Shown one piece after another: positions 20,916 through 27,741 of a stretch of 32,000 nucleotides of DNA. The position numbers and the translations under genes were made by a program. The stretch lies in assembly GCF_001465295.1 (NCBI RefSeq), contig NZ_CP011034.1, positions 810,001-842,000 of the forward strand, read 5' to 3'. How positions within the stretch are numbered: position 1 is the first letter of the stretch; the number at the start of each line of letters is the position of its first letter. The stretch comes from Pseudoalteromonas translucida KMM 520. GTDB taxonomy: Bacteria; Pseudomonadota; Gammaproteobacteria; Enterobacterales; Alteromonadaceae. The notes under the pieces are model-generated. The model had not been told where the DNA came from and searched no databases. It saw only the letters and a list, made by a program, of their open reading frames with translations.

Positions 20916-21563
20916 ATGCAGCATAATTTAAATTTCATTATTATTACTTTACTATTTTTAGTTGGTTGCTCATCAAGTCGAACAGAAGTTAACCCCTCGA
21001 CTAACGATAATATAAGTTATGATTTAAATGAAATGCTTAAAGTAGTGCAAACAGAAACGGTTCATACCGAGGTTGATAGCACTCAATTTACCCCCCTTAA
21101 ACACCATAAAACTTTGGTTAATTATGTAGAGCAAATGGCGCTTGATTTAGTCGACACTCTAGAGTCTGGCAGTGAGCTTGAGGAGAGCATAAATATAGCG
21201 GTAACAAGCATAGTCGATTTAGATGCCACCTTAAATAACAGCAACCAGCTGGGTAACCAAATATCAGAAACACTCATTCATCAACTACAAAAGTTTGGTT
21301 ATGGGGTGGTTGATTTTAAAACGAGTGATGCAATAAACGTAAATCGTCGCGGCGACTTTGTTTTTTCACGAGACATAAAAAATCTCAGCAAAAAGCATAT
21401 GGCAAGCCATGTACTTGGTGGTACGTTAATATACCGCGCTAATGGCGTTACAGTGAATACCCGAGTTATAAACGTAAATAATAAAAAAGTCGTTGCCAGT
21501 AGCCGAAAATTTATACCAAGATACGTTTTAAACAAAGAAGATATCTACTTATCAAGTAATTAA
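20916..21563 (+). CDS. FlgO-like lipoprotein 3
   Basis: GAGG SD and lipobox FLVGC. The core is IAVTSIVDLD...LGNQISETLIHQLQKFGYGVVDFKT...GDFVFSRD...HVLGGTLIYRANGVTVNTRVINVNNKKVVASSRKFIP. Confidence 0.5.
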   Translation: MQHNLNFIIITLLFLVGCSSSRTEVNPSTNDNISYDLNEMLKVVQTETVHTEVDSTQFTPLKHHKTLVNYVEQMALDLVDTLESGSELEESINIAVTSIVDLDATLNNSNQLGNQISETLIHQLQKFGYGVVDFKTSDAINVNRRGDFVFSRDIKNLSKKHMASHVLGGTLIYRANGVTVNTRVINVNNKKVVASSRKFIPRYVLNKEDIYLSSN

Positions 21564-21576
21564 ACACAGTTTGCAC

Positions 21577-21606
21577 TTGATCCAAAAAAGACAATGCCGT
21601 TATAAT
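21577..21606 (+). promoter_or_regulatory. Candidate sigma70 promoter for tRNA-Arg
   Basis: TTGATC (21577-21582), an 18-nt spacer, then a perfect TATAAT (21601-21606), ending 15 nt before the tRNA 5' end. Confidence 0.4.
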
Positions 21607-21621
21607 TTTAGCTTCAGTTTA

Positions 21622-21696
21622 GGCCTCTTAGTTAAATGGATATAACGGCCCCCTCCTAAGGGGCAGTTGCAAGTTCGATTCTTGCAGGGGCTACCA
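21622..21696 (+). tRNA. argW: tRNA-Arg (anticodon CCU), argW-like, CCA encoded
   Basis: Hand-folded cloverleaf. The acceptor is GGCCTCT/AGGGGCT (G1-U72 and U5-G68 wobble pairs). The D arm is GTTA-AATGGATA-TAAC. The anticodon arm is GCCCC-CTCCTAA-GGGGC, giving anticodon CCT. The variable loop is 4 nt, the T arm is GCAAG-TTCGATT-CTTGC, and the discriminator is A followed by CCA. It is nearly identical to E. coli argW as recalled over the D arm. Confidence 0.88.
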
Positions 21697-21994
21697 ATGA
21701 AATCAATGAGTTATGATTTACCCCGTTGACCTTTCTGTTTCTGTGTAGCACATATGTAGCAGTGCTAACTCAGGCATTCAATTTAATAGAGCTTATTAAT
21801 ACTTCTGTATTTTCAACATCTAATTAAATTTAAGTAAAAATCCTTATATTGTGAGTGATTATCTTTCACTCTAAGCTAACCATAAAACAGAATGTAAATG
21901 TGATGCTAACTGACTGCGGTTATTCACAAATCTAAAGTAAGGCTTTAACTTTTTAGTGAGTGATTTTCTAAAAGTACTTTACCTGCAATGCGCA

Positions 21995-22026
21995 ATAAAA
22001 AAGCGAGTAAACGTAAATTTACTCGT
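21995..22026 (-). terminator. Rho-independent terminator of the DHH-family gene
   Basis: CGAGTAAA / TTTACTCG stem (22004-22011 / 22018-22025). An A-run on the plus strand gives a T-run downstream on the minus strand. Confidence 0.6.
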
Positions 22027-22049
22027 TTAAAGTCAGCAGAACCTAGAGC

Positions 22050-22982
22050 CTAGCCATCATTTGTAATTGTTTCAATTAGTTCACTCAATACAGTATCGGC
22101 TTTGCTGGTTTCTACTTGGCAGGTGCCGGCATTTAAGTGGCCGCCGCCATTGTATTTAAGGCATAGTTCGCCGACGTTGGTGTTTGAGCTACGATTAGTG
22201 ATTGATTTACCAATGGCGTAAACCACATTTTGCTTTTTAAGTCCCCACATTTTATGAATTGAGATATTGCAGTTGGGGTACATGGCATAAATAACAAAGC
22301 GGTTGGTGGCGTATATTGTTTCTTCTTGCGTTAAATCAAGGATCACTAAGTTGTTGTGAACTTTGGCGCAGCGGGCTATTTGTTGCTTAGCTTGCTCGTT
22401 ATGCTCATTATATAAAGCAACACGTTCGGCTACGTCTTCCATTTGTAATATTTCATCAATGCCTTGGTCTTTACAGGCATCAATTAGTTTCATCATTAGT
22501 TGGTAGTTCGAAATTTTAAAGTCACGGAAGCGACCAAGTCCGGTACGTGCATCCATAATAAAGTTCATAAGTACCCAGTCGCTTGGGTTGAGTATTTCGT
22601 CTTTTGAAAATTGTGCGGCATCGCCTTTATCTACTGCGTCCATCATTTGGGCTGAAATAGTAGGGAATTTTTCTGCGCCGCCATAATAATCATAAACAAC
22701 ACGGGCTGCCGATGGTGCTTGTGGGTCAATAACATGATTTTTAATGTTGCTTGCATTACGCACTGTTTCACTAAGGTGGTGATCAAACGCTACATGGCAG
22801 CCTGCGACGTAGGGAAGGTTGGTGGTGATATCGTTGGCGGTGATAGCTATTTTACCATCTTGCATGTCTTTAGGATGTACAAATAAAATGTCATCAATTA
22901 GGTCTAAGTCTTTTAACAATACGGCGCATACTAGGCCGTCAAAATCGCTGCGGGTGACGAGTCTAAATTTATTATTGCTCAT
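22050..22982 (-). CDS. DHH-superfamily phosphoesterase (NrnB / phosphodiesterase-like)
   Basis: 310 aa. The N-terminus has LVTRSDFDGLVCAVLL (DxD motif) and VAFDHH (DHH motif), and the C-terminal region has GGGH. Confidence 0.72.
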   Translation of the reverse strand: MSNNKFRLVTRSDFDGLVCAVLLKDLDLIDDILFVHPKDMQDGKIAITANDITTNLPYVAGCHVAFDHHLSETVRNASNIKNHVIDPQAPSAARVVYDYYGGAEKFPTISAQMMDAVDKGDAAQFSKDEILNPSDWVLMNFIMDARTGLGRFRDFKISNYQLMMKLIDACKDQGIDEILQMEDVAERVALYNEHNEQAKQQIARCAKVHNNLVILDLTQEETIYATNRFVIYAMYPNCNISIHKMWGLKKQNVVYAIGKSITNRSSNTNVGELCLKYNGGGHLNAGTCQVETSKADTVLSELIETITNDG

Positions 22983-23072
22983 TGTTTTTCCATTTTTTTA
23001 TTGATTTATCAACAGAGTGTAACAGTTTAAAAAGTTTTGTTGATACAATTATTTAACAATGTTGGCGATATG

Positions 23073-23101
23073 AAAAAGCCAAAACAACGGTTTTGGCTTT
23101 T
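23073..23101 (-). terminator. Rho-independent (bidirectional-looking) terminator after the flavoprotein gene
   Basis: GCCAAAAC / GTTTTGGC stem (23078-23085 / 23090-23097), flanked by an A5 run upstream and a T4 run downstream. Confidence 0.7.
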
Positions 23102-23131
23102 AATAGCAAGTTTAATTTTTACGTTAGGGCG

Positions 23132-24580
23132 TTATGCCCCTGGGCCACATTCCATACAATGGTTAATAATGTCTGGGCCAAATTTTAGTTTGGCGTTTAG
23201 GTCGCGCAGCGCTGTGCGTAGCCCTTCTTCGATCACTGGGTGGTAATAAGGCATTTCTAACATTTGTGGTACGGTCATTTTGTTTTGTACCGCCCATGCT
23301 AGTAGGTGGGCTAAATGCTCGGCTTGTGGGCCGATAAATTCTGCACCTAAAAATAACCCTGTACCTTGCTCGGCATAAACACGCATGTGCCCTTTGTTTT
23401 TTAGCATTACGCGGCTGCGGCCTTGGTTTTCAAAGCTTACTTCGCCTATTTCAAAACAGTCACAACTGCCTAAGCGAGTGGTGATTTCTTTATAACTTTC
23501 GCCAACCATGGCTATTTGCGGGTCGCTAAATACGGCGGCAATTTTTGATCTGCGTAATCCTGGCTGTACATCGGGGAAGCGTCCAGCATTTTGGCCAGCA
23601 ATTAAGCCTTGATCAGATGCTTCGTGTAATAGTGGCAGCATATTACAGGCGTCGCCTGCGATAAATATATTTGAATCGCCACATTGCATTGTATAAGCGT
23701 CGGCAATTGGTACACCACGTTCATCAAGTTCAATGCCGGTGTTTTCTAAGCCGAGTTTATCTGTGTTTGGTACGCGCCCGGTTGCGGCAAGTACGTAGTC
23801 AAATTGTTCGGTGTGTTTAGCACCTTGTTTGTCGGTGTAAGTAAGCTGCGCTTTGTTGTCTACTTGCATCATGTCGGATACGTTTGAGTCGGTATCAACA
23901 AAAAATTCTTCGGCAAATACGGTGTTTGCGTAGTCTTTTACTACTGGGTCTGTAAGGGGGCCAATTGCACCACCAACACCAAATAATTTTACTTTAACGC
24001 CTAAACGGTGCAGTGCTTGGCCTATTTCAAGGCCGATAACACCTGGGCCAAATACGGCTACCGATTCTGGAAGGTCGTCCCAGTCAAATACGTCATCGTT
24101 TATAATTAATTTGTCGCCAAAATTATTAAATACGCCAGGGTATGAAGGGCGTGAGCCGGTTGCTATTACAAAGCGTTTAGCCGTAATAATGGTGTGATCA
24201 TCTATTTGTACGCGGTTTGCATCTAAAAATTTAGCATAGCCACGAATTTTGTCATCGCTTGGAAGCTCATCTACGGCTTCTACAACAAATCCGGCAAAGC
24301 GGTCGCGTTCACTTTTAACGCGCGCCATCACTTCTTTACCATTAATACGTGGTGCAGAGCTGTGTACACCAAATGCAGGTGCCATTGTGATTGAGTGCGC
24401 AGCTTCAGCAGCTGCAATTAATAATTTACTCGGCATGCAACCAACTCGTGCGCAGGTAGTGCCGTAAGGGCCTGATTCGATCATAAGTACGTTATTTGTA
24501 AATTGTTTAGCATTACGATAAGCACTTAAACCCGCAGTACCCGCACCAATAACAACAACGTCGGTTTGCAATTCTTTCAT
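23132..24580 (-). CDS. Dihydrolipoamide-dehydrogenase-like class I pyridine nucleotide-disulfide oxidoreductase
   Basis: 482 aa. It has the FAD fold VVVIGAGTAGLSA, the redox disulfide GTTCARVGCMPSK, a second dinucleotide fold VAVFGPGVIGLE, and a C-terminal interface with HP..EE. Confidence 0.85.
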   Translation of the reverse strand: MKELQTDVVVIGAGTAGLSAYRNAKQFTNNVLMIESGPYGTTCARVGCMPSKLLIAAAEAAHSITMAPAFGVHSSAPRINGKEVMARVKSERDRFAGFVVEAVDELPSDDKIRGYAKFLDANRVQIDDHTIITAKRFVIATGSRPSYPGVFNNFGDKLIINDDVFDWDDLPESVAVFGPGVIGLEIGQALHRLGVKVKLFGVGGAIGPLTDPVVKDYANTVFAEEFFVDTDSNVSDMMQVDNKAQLTYTDKQGAKHTEQFDYVLAATGRVPNTDKLGLENTGIELDERGVPIADAYTMQCGDSNIFIAGDACNMLPLLHEASDQGLIAGQNAGRFPDVQPGLRRSKIAAVFSDPQIAMVGESYKEITTRLGSCDCFEIGEVSFENQGRSRVMLKNKGHMRVYAEQGTGLFLGAEFIGPQAEHLAHLLAWAVQNKMTVPQMLEMPYYHPVIEEGLRTALRDLNAKLKFGPDIINHCMECGPGA

Positions 24581-24596
24581 TATTTTTTTCCTTATA

Positions 24597-24623
24597 AAAT
24601 AGGGGCAACCAGTGCCCCTATTT
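24597..24623 (-). promoter_or_regulatory. Intercistronic stem-loop between the Prx-Grx and flavoprotein genes
   Basis: AAATAGGGGCA / TGCCCCTATTT 11-bp stem with loop ACCAG. On the minus strand it is followed by TTTTATAAGGAAAAAAATA-ATG. That places a possible attenuator directly before the SD of the downstream gene. Confidence 0.5.
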
Positions 24624-24651
24624 ATATTTACTCATTGAGCAAAATTATTAA

Positions 24652-25380
24652 TTAAGCAAAGTATTTTTCTAAATCGTCTGAGCCGCCAATGTGCTTACCG
24701 CCAATAAATACTTGCGGAACAGTTTCACGGCCAGATACGGCTTTAAGGCTTGTTAGTGATGCGCCTGAGCCCATAACAATCTCTTCAAATGCAAAGCCTT
24801 TTTCTGTAAGAAGCGCTTTAGCTTTTGAACAGAACGGACAACCAGGTTTAGTAAATACAGTTACTGGCTCTGGTTTAGCTTGCTTAGGGTTGATGTAGTC
24901 AAGCATTGTATCAGCGTCAGATACTTCAAACGGGTCGCCTGGTAAATCTGGTTCGATGAACATTTTGTCGATCACGCCATCTTTTACAAGCATAGAGTAT
25001 CTCCAGCTGCGCTTACCAAAACCTAGGTCGTTTTTGTCTACTAACATGCCCATGCCGTCAGTAAATTCGCCGTTACCGTCTGGTAGTAAAGTAATGTTTT
25101 GCGCTTCTTGATGCTCAGCCCATGCGTTCATTACAAAGGTGTCATTTACCGATAAACATACAATTTCGTCAACGCCGTTTTGCTTAAGTACGCCGGCTAG
25201 TTCGTTGTAACGTGGTAAATGAGTAGACGAACATGTTGGTGTAAATGCACCCGGTAGTGAAAATACAACAACCGTTTTACCTTTAAAAATGTCATCTGTT
25301 GTTACTGATTTCCATTCGTCGTTTTGACGAGTTGCAAATGTAACGCTTGGGATTGTTTTGCCTTCAATATTGTTTAACAT
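24652..25380 (-). CDS. Hybrid peroxiredoxin-glutaredoxin (Prx5-type Prx fused to Grx)
   Basis: The ATG at 25380 follows AGAGGAA and gives 242 aa (the track ORF extends to 25413). The Prx5 motif is [14 protein letters not shown]. The C-terminal glutaredoxin has [13 protein letters not shown] and [18 protein letters not shown]. Confidence 0.9.
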   Translation of the reverse strand: MLNNIEGKTIPSVTFATRQNDEWKSVTTDDIFKGKTVVVFSLPGAFTPTCSSTHLPRYNELAGVLKQNGVDEIVCLSVNDTFVMNAWAEHQEAQNITLLPDGNGEFTDGMGMLVDKNDLGFGKRSWRYSMLVKDGVIDKMFIEPDLPGDPFEVSDADTMLDYINPKQAKPEPVTVFTKPGCPFCSKAKALLTEKGFAFEEIVMGSGASLTSLKAVSGRETVPQVFIGGKHIGGSDDLEKYFA

Positions 25381-25459
25381 AATTTTTGTTCCTCTTGATT
25401 TGTTGATAGCCATTATGGCGGTGATTTAAATATAGTTCCAATCGTTTGTTTGCATTAAA

Positions 25460-25480
25460 CTGATAGGTATAAACTATCAG
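25460..25480. promoter_or_regulatory. Candidate OxyR (LysR-type) operator: perfect palindrome CTGATAG-N7-CTATCAG
   Basis: 7-bp perfect inverted arms contain the ATAG-N7-CTAT element of the OxyR consensus. The site lies in the 107-bp divergent oxyR / prx-grx intergenic region. Extra ATAG elements occur at 25406 and 25432. Confidence 0.5.
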
Positions 25481-25487
25481 CCTGGTA

Positions 25488-26396
25488 ATGAATATGAACT
25501 TAAAAGATTTAGAGTATGTAAAAGCCATAGCGCACTTTAAGCACTTTCGTAAAGCGGCCGATGCGTGCTTTGTAAGCCAGCCTACCTTAAGTGGCCAAGT
25601 AAAAAAACTCGAACAGGAGCTAGGTGTTACTTTATTTGACCGCTCTACTAAACAGGTAACGTTAACTGCCAAAGGCGAGCGTTTATTAACACAAATTAAT
25701 ATTATTTTAGAACAAACACAAATACTTAAAGAGCTTGCTGCTACGTCAAACGAGCCGCTACAGGGTAAGTTAACTATTGGTATTATTCCAACCATTGCGC
25801 CTTATTTACTGCCGGTATTACTCACTTCAATGAAAGAAGCGTTTATTAATAGTCGCTTTTCGTTTATTGAAATGCAAACCGCTACAATTTTAGAAGCGCT
25901 AGATAACGGCGAGCTCGACTTTGCTATTTTGGCCGATGTACCCGAGCTCAAAAAGTACCATAGGGTTAATTTATACAAAGAAGATTTTGTAGTGGCTGTA
26001 TCACACGATAATTCATTAGCTCAGCAAAAAAAAGTAGCGCTGCGCGACTTACAAGGATGCAGCCTATTAATGTTAAGTGATGGCCATTGCTTTAAAGATC
26101 AAGCCCAGCAGTTTTGTTTTTCGGCAGGAGTTAATGTGTCGAGCCAGTATCAGGGCAATAGTTTAGAAACATTACTGGCGCTGGTGGCTATGGATGACGG
26201 AGTTACATTTGTGCCTAAATTGGCATGTACTGAGCGAGTGGGGGTTAATTATTTAGCTATTTACCCTAATCAGCAGCGCAATATAGTATTTGCATCTAGA
26301 AAGCATTACCCGCATTTATCGGGGGTTGAGCAATTGGGTGAATGGTTGTCGGCTCACCCTAATTTAAAGGCTAAATTAACTAAAGTCTTGAATTAA
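25488..26396 (+). CDS. oxyR: LysR-family hydrogen-peroxide sensor OxyR
   Basis: LKDLEYVKAIAHFKHFRKAADACFVSQPTLSGQVKKLEQELGV forms the HTH. LLMLSDGHCFKDQAQQFCFSAG aligns with E. coli MLMLEDGHCLRDQAMGFCFEAG, which carries the redox cysteines C199 and C208. The start may be the ATG at 25494. Confidence 0.88.
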   Translation: MNMNLKDLEYVKAIAHFKHFRKAADACFVSQPTLSGQVKKLEQELGVTLFDRSTKQVTLTAKGERLLTQINIILEQTQILKELAATSNEPLQGKLTIGIIPTIAPYLLPVLLTSMKEAFINSRFSFIEMQTATILEALDNGELDFAILADVPELKKYHRVNLYKEDFVVAVSHDNSLAQQKKVALRDLQGCSLLMLSDGHCFKDQAQQFCFSAGVNVSSQYQGNSLETLLALVAMDDGVTFVPKLACTERVGVNYLAIYPNQQRNIVFASRKHYPHLSGVEQLGEWLSAHPNLKAKLTKVLN

Positions 26397-27586
26397 AGGT
26401 TTTGGCTAACTATTTCGACTATATCGTTAATTTGCACGCCCGGAAGTGGTGCATTATTAATGCTTACCGCAATGGCGCTTTGTTGATACAACTGCTCAAC
26501 ACGAATGCTATTAAGGGTAATCACTTTATGTGGCATAGTATTGCCTAAAGCGTCTGTTAGGTAGTTGTGGTGTGCAATGCTAAGTAGTTGGCCTTTTTTA
26601 AGGCCATGCGCTTTACCTAAGTTAATCACTATGTTGCCCTGATCAAGGTGCATAATTTTTCCTTGAGTAGGCAAGCAGGCCATAGCTGATTGTAAATCGT
26701 AACTTAGCGTTTGGTTTATATCGTTTATGCTTTGCCCATAGGGCGATTGCCAAAACATACTACTGTTAACATCAACAATTGCGGTTTTTTCAAATGGCCA
26801 AATAGCTTGATTTTGATAGCTATTTTGCCAAAGCTGCTCATAAGTTGTGCCATCAAAAAGGGTAAACTCTATTTGGTAACTACGTTGATAGCTTTCGTCT
26901 TGCCAAAAGGCATAGTCGCTATTGAGCTTGTCGCTAGTTGATAGATTGGTTATTTGGCTTAATAAAACGTACTGCGCGTTACTGCGCGAAGAAATATCTT
27001 CTAATTGCGCATTAGAGTAGTCGTGTTGCTGCGAAAAATACTTATCGACCTTTATTGCGTTGTTGTAATAAGCAATTGGTACTGCGCTCATTTTTGACTT
27101 TTGCAATGCGGTATAAATATTTTTGCTAACGGCTTTATCTATGTCAAATATTTGACCCATGCGGGCTTGTTCACGATGATTAAGCTGGCTTTGGGTAACG
27201 GCCACAAACTTTTTAAAACTACTTTGTGGGCATTGCTCTGTTTGTGCAAAAATATCTAAGCGCAGTGTAATAGCTAGCTGATTATTATGACGCTCTTCGC
27301 TCACAAGCTCTATTTTTTGAATTTCGCCATGGCTGCTTATTTTAAGCTGATCTTGCATTAGCACGCCGTCTACTAAGGTTTGTACCGAGCTTACCCGCGC
27401 ACCAGAGAACACTAACGCTTGTGTAATGGCATCTTTAATTGCTGCAGATTTAGCTGCGCCTACATCGCTACTTTTAACTTGTGCATGGCCGGTCGACTCA
27501 TACCACTGCGCTGCAGTAAAAGGCGAAAACGTTAATAAAGCAGTTGCGCTTAGCCCTGCAAATACCGATGATAAAAACGAATTCAT
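26393..27586 (-). CDS. flgT: Flagellar H-ring-associated periplasmic protein FlgT-like
   Basis: 397 aa with a signal peptide ending FTAAQ|WYESTGHAQV. Length, the N-terminal pattern (AQWYE.TG.A), and a position divergent from flgP and next to flgNMA all match Vibrio flgT as I remember it. The assignment rests largely on synteny. Confidence 0.6.
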   Translation of the reverse strand: MNSFLSSVFAGLSATALLTFSPFTAAQWYESTGHAQVKSSDVGAAKSAAIKDAITQALVFSGARVSSVQTLVDGVLMQDQLKISSHGEIQKIELVSEERHNNQLAITLRLDIFAQTEQCPQSSFKKFVAVTQSQLNHREQARMGQIFDIDKAVSKNIYTALQKSKMSAVPIAYYNNAIKVDKYFSQQHDYSNAQLEDISSRSNAQYVLLSQITNLSTSDKLNSDYAFWQDESYQRSYQIEFTLFDGTTYEQLWQNSYQNQAIWPFEKTAIVDVNSSMFWQSPYGQSINDINQTLSYDLQSAMACLPTQGKIMHLDQGNIVINLGKAHGLKKGQLLSIAHHNYLTDALGNTMPHKVITLNSIRVEQLYQQSAIAVSINNAPLPGVQINDIVEIVSQNL

Positions 27587-27629
27587 ACATTTACTCCAGT
27601 TAAATTTTAGCTATTAGCGTAAGTTATAC

Positions 27630-27645
27630 AGCAAGGAGCGTACCA
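27630..27645 (-). promoter_or_regulatory. Sigma54 (-24/-12) promoter for flgT
   Basis: The minus strand reads TGGTACGCTCCTTGCT, against the consensus TGGCACG-N4-TTGCW. The -12 element ends about 43 nt upstream of the flgT ATG, with GGAG as SD. Confidence 0.6.
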
Positions 27646-27680
27646 ATGTTATTTGTGAGTAAACACCAATCAAGTGTCAA

Positions 27681-27696
27681 TGGCATTAAACCTGCA
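27681..27696 (+). promoter_or_regulatory. Sigma54 (-24/-12) promoter for flgP
   Basis: TGGCATTAAACCTGCA has correctly spaced GG and GC elements and lies about 45 nt upstream of the flgP ATG. Confidence 0.55.
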
Positions 27697-27741
27697 TAAG
27701 TATCGTATAATTATTTAATTTATTTTTTAGGGCTAGGTACT

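Noticed and set aside
12202-22049. The 12.2-21.6 kb block as a classical tRNA-associated genomic island or mobile element.
   Set aside because: I saw no integrase, transposase or plasmid/phage genes, and no flanking direct repeat of the tRNA 3' end. The block also lies 5' of the tRNA rather than 3' of it. Lineage-specific accessory locus remains possible, but mobility cannot be supported from this window.
25364-25795. A 143-aa minus-strand ORF covering the oxyR/prx-grx control region and the 5' third of oxyR.
   Set aside because: It is antisense to the well-conserved OxyR HTH region. It is Cys/Ser-rich with no motifs, and it would have to share the Prx-Grx start region.
27646-27699. A 17-codon micro-ORF (MLFVSKHQSSVNGIKPA) with an apparently perfect AAGGAG SD in the flgT-flgP spacer. 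I considered it as a leader peptide or a flgO remnant.
   Set aside because: The AAGGAG is simply the reverse complement of the -12 region of the flgT sigma54 promoter (TGGTACGCTCCTTGCT). The peptide shows no similarity to a FlgO signal peptide.
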